Assembly (NCBI GenBank): GCA_028023455.1 | Contig: JAQFVV010000005.1 | Span: 20,522,001 to 20,586,000 of the forward strand | Direction of reading: 5' to 3' | From: Epiperipatus broadwayi | Lineage: Eukaryota; Animalia; Onychophora | DNA: 64,000 bases | In this document: one piece after another, positions 62,110 through 64,000 of the stretch | Position numbering within the stretch: the first letter of the stretch is position 1 | How the letters are laid out: each line of letters opens with the position of its first letter | The notes under the pieces: model-generated | Seen by the model: the letters and a program-made list of their open reading frames with translations, nothing else | Databases searched by the model: none | What the model was told of the DNA's origin: nothing | Position numbers and translations under genes: made by a program

Positions 62110-62575
62110 CACGTAAATATAATTTGCGCTAATGACGCATACACACGCAAAGCTGAATTTTTCTAAATTCTTTATATATTATAATGATACAAAAACAATA
62201 CAAAATAAATATGTATAAGTGTGGCTGAGTACTTTCAAGGAACACAGCCCTCATAGTCATAGCCATATTGTAACTAAAGAAAGTGGTTTACTGAAATGCA
62301 AATTTATGCAAATGACCTTATGTATTCCATTTCTTGGATATGCTGTAGCACGTGTCTTTTCTGTTGATAGTATTTGCATAAATTTGCATTTCAGTAAAAC
62401 ACTTTCTTTAGTTACAATATGGCTATGATTATGAGGGCTGTGTTCCTTGAAAGTACTCAGCCACACTTATACATATTTATTTTGTATTGTTTTTGTATCA
62501 TTATAATATATAAAGAATTTAGAAAAATTCAGCTTTGCATGTGAATGCGTTATTAGTGCAAATTATATTTATATG
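62110..62575. mobile_element. Hairpin MITE or long palindrome (~465 bp, ~205-bp arms)
   Basis: Near-perfect inverted arms 62110-62315 / 62370-62575. Shares ggct(a/g)agt(g/a)ctttca and atgcaaatttatgcaaa with 59798-60085. TSD unclear. Confidence 0.85.
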
Positions 62576-63099
62576 GTAGTATTTAACTGCAAAGTTTAAA
62601 CATTTCACTTATTTATATTCATGTATTTTTATAAAAATATTATTTGATATCTGTTTTGATATATTGAAATATGATTTTACATCATTAATTATAAGGATAT
62701 TTTTTCTTTGTGTATATTTGGATACTTTATATCTGCAATGCTACATTCACTGTTATATTTGTAAAAGGCTATACATCTACAGATCTTTTATAACACTCTT
62801 TTTATTTGATTAATTAAATATAATTGTAATGTTACTATCATCCGTTTCAATTTTATTGAGTCCTTTATCTTCTAATATTAAATTTATTTTTAAATACAAT
62901 CATTCCTATTTACTTTAACTGAATTTTTTCTTTTTTCAGATTTAGTAAAAATTATTCTTTTATCATATTTATATTTTACGTTTTTAATTTCTTCAATTAT
63001 CCAGGTATTACTGATATAATATATATGAAAATATGAACATGTAATTTACTCTGTACGTATACTGTAATATCATAATAACATTGATACTTATTTATATTG

Positions 63100-63235
63100 A
63101 ATAGTTACAGCTCTGAAAAAGATTGCAGTACAAACTGTCAGCTAGATTGGAGAATTTAATAAAAGTATTGAATTGTAGTTCTGAAAAAGATTATTGAACA
63201 GTCAAAACTAGATTGGAGAATTTAATAATAATATT
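63100..63235. repeat. ~67-bp tandem duplication
   Basis: ctgaaaaagatt...ctagattggagaatttaataa repeated (63114 and 63181). Confidence 0.85.
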
Positions 63236-64000
63236 GCATTGTAATGAGTATATAAAGAAGTTGTTAAATAATATTTCAAAATTCTAGTGTTGAATTAAAA
63301 CCATCATTAAAATGAATGATTACATGAATGATAGTATAGACAAGAAATCACATGATTCAATGATTTTTTTTTTTTACATTATACATTAATGATGGTGAAA
63401 ATACTAAAAAAAAACCATGAACTTAATGCTTAGAGATTTAAGACACCTCCTTTTCTTGATGCAAAGCCTACACCATATTGCAACTATGTTTATGATTTAC
63501 AATCAATATATTGACAATCATCTAACCAACTTTGAATGTCATGAAACTTAATTCTCTCTCTAAATTTAGCAAAATATCAGCTTATTGGAGAGTTTGCCTT
63601 TGCTTATTGGTGAATATTTGATAGCTAGCTGAGTTGGCATTGACTCACTCTTATTTAAACTTTTTGTGATCTATTTAGATCTTAAGCAGAAGGCACAAAC
63701 CTCTCCATCATAAAGCCTCTCATTATGACCAGTGCCCAATTTAGGATTGCTTCTTTCTGAAGAAAATCAGGGACACAGATATGAACAGACATTACCTGAT
63801 TCCTTACACAGTGTCCAGAATACATCGAATATTGAAAGCTTCCTGAAATAGAAGCCCATATGTTAGGCTATGAAGAGTTAACAAAGGACTACAATGTCAT
63901 TATTATCTTCTATTTGGCATTGTGAAATCAAACTCTTGATTTACATATATATGAGATTACTACAATTTCAATTTACAAGTGTAATATTTCTTGAATGCAT

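Noticed and set aside
62219-62466. Two near-identical ORFs on opposite strands
   Set aside because: They are a by-product of the palindromic MITE.
63690-63875. Minus-strand open stretches with splice-like signals
   Set aside because: The apparent intron is only 39 nt, several frames are equally plausible, and no motif is recognised.

Overview
Very AT-rich, CpG-depleted eukaryotic DNA, most like an invertebrate or arthropod intronic/intergenic region. I could not securely identify a host protein-coding gene; nearly all ORFs in the supplied track are spurious or decayed transposon fragments. The window is dominated by mobile DNA. (1) At least two families of small non-coding retroelements carry type I hammerhead ribozyme (HHR) motifs (retrozyme/Penelope pLTR-like). 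Family 1 has a 453-nt monomer. Five insertions across both families (four of family 1, one of family 2) are head-to-head fold-backs with both RNA 3' ends pointing outwards, and four of these have 8-13 bp target-site duplications (TSDs). (2) A young LARD-like LTR element (10101-20982) has two ~4.1-kb near-identical LTRs, a PBS, a PPT and one intact 311-aa internally repeated ORF but no pol. Its LTR end contains a stack of relic LTR-end/PBS junctions. (3) A ~100-bp SINE family is little more than a tRNA-Gly(TCC) plus poly(A), with anticodon variants TCC/TAC/TGC and loss of A58 in all five copies. (4) Decayed RTE, Tx1/L1-like and other LINEs, a hAT transposase relic, hAT MITEs and TA-flanked hairpin MITEs are also present. 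All alignments, folds and counts were done by eye; no database searches were run.
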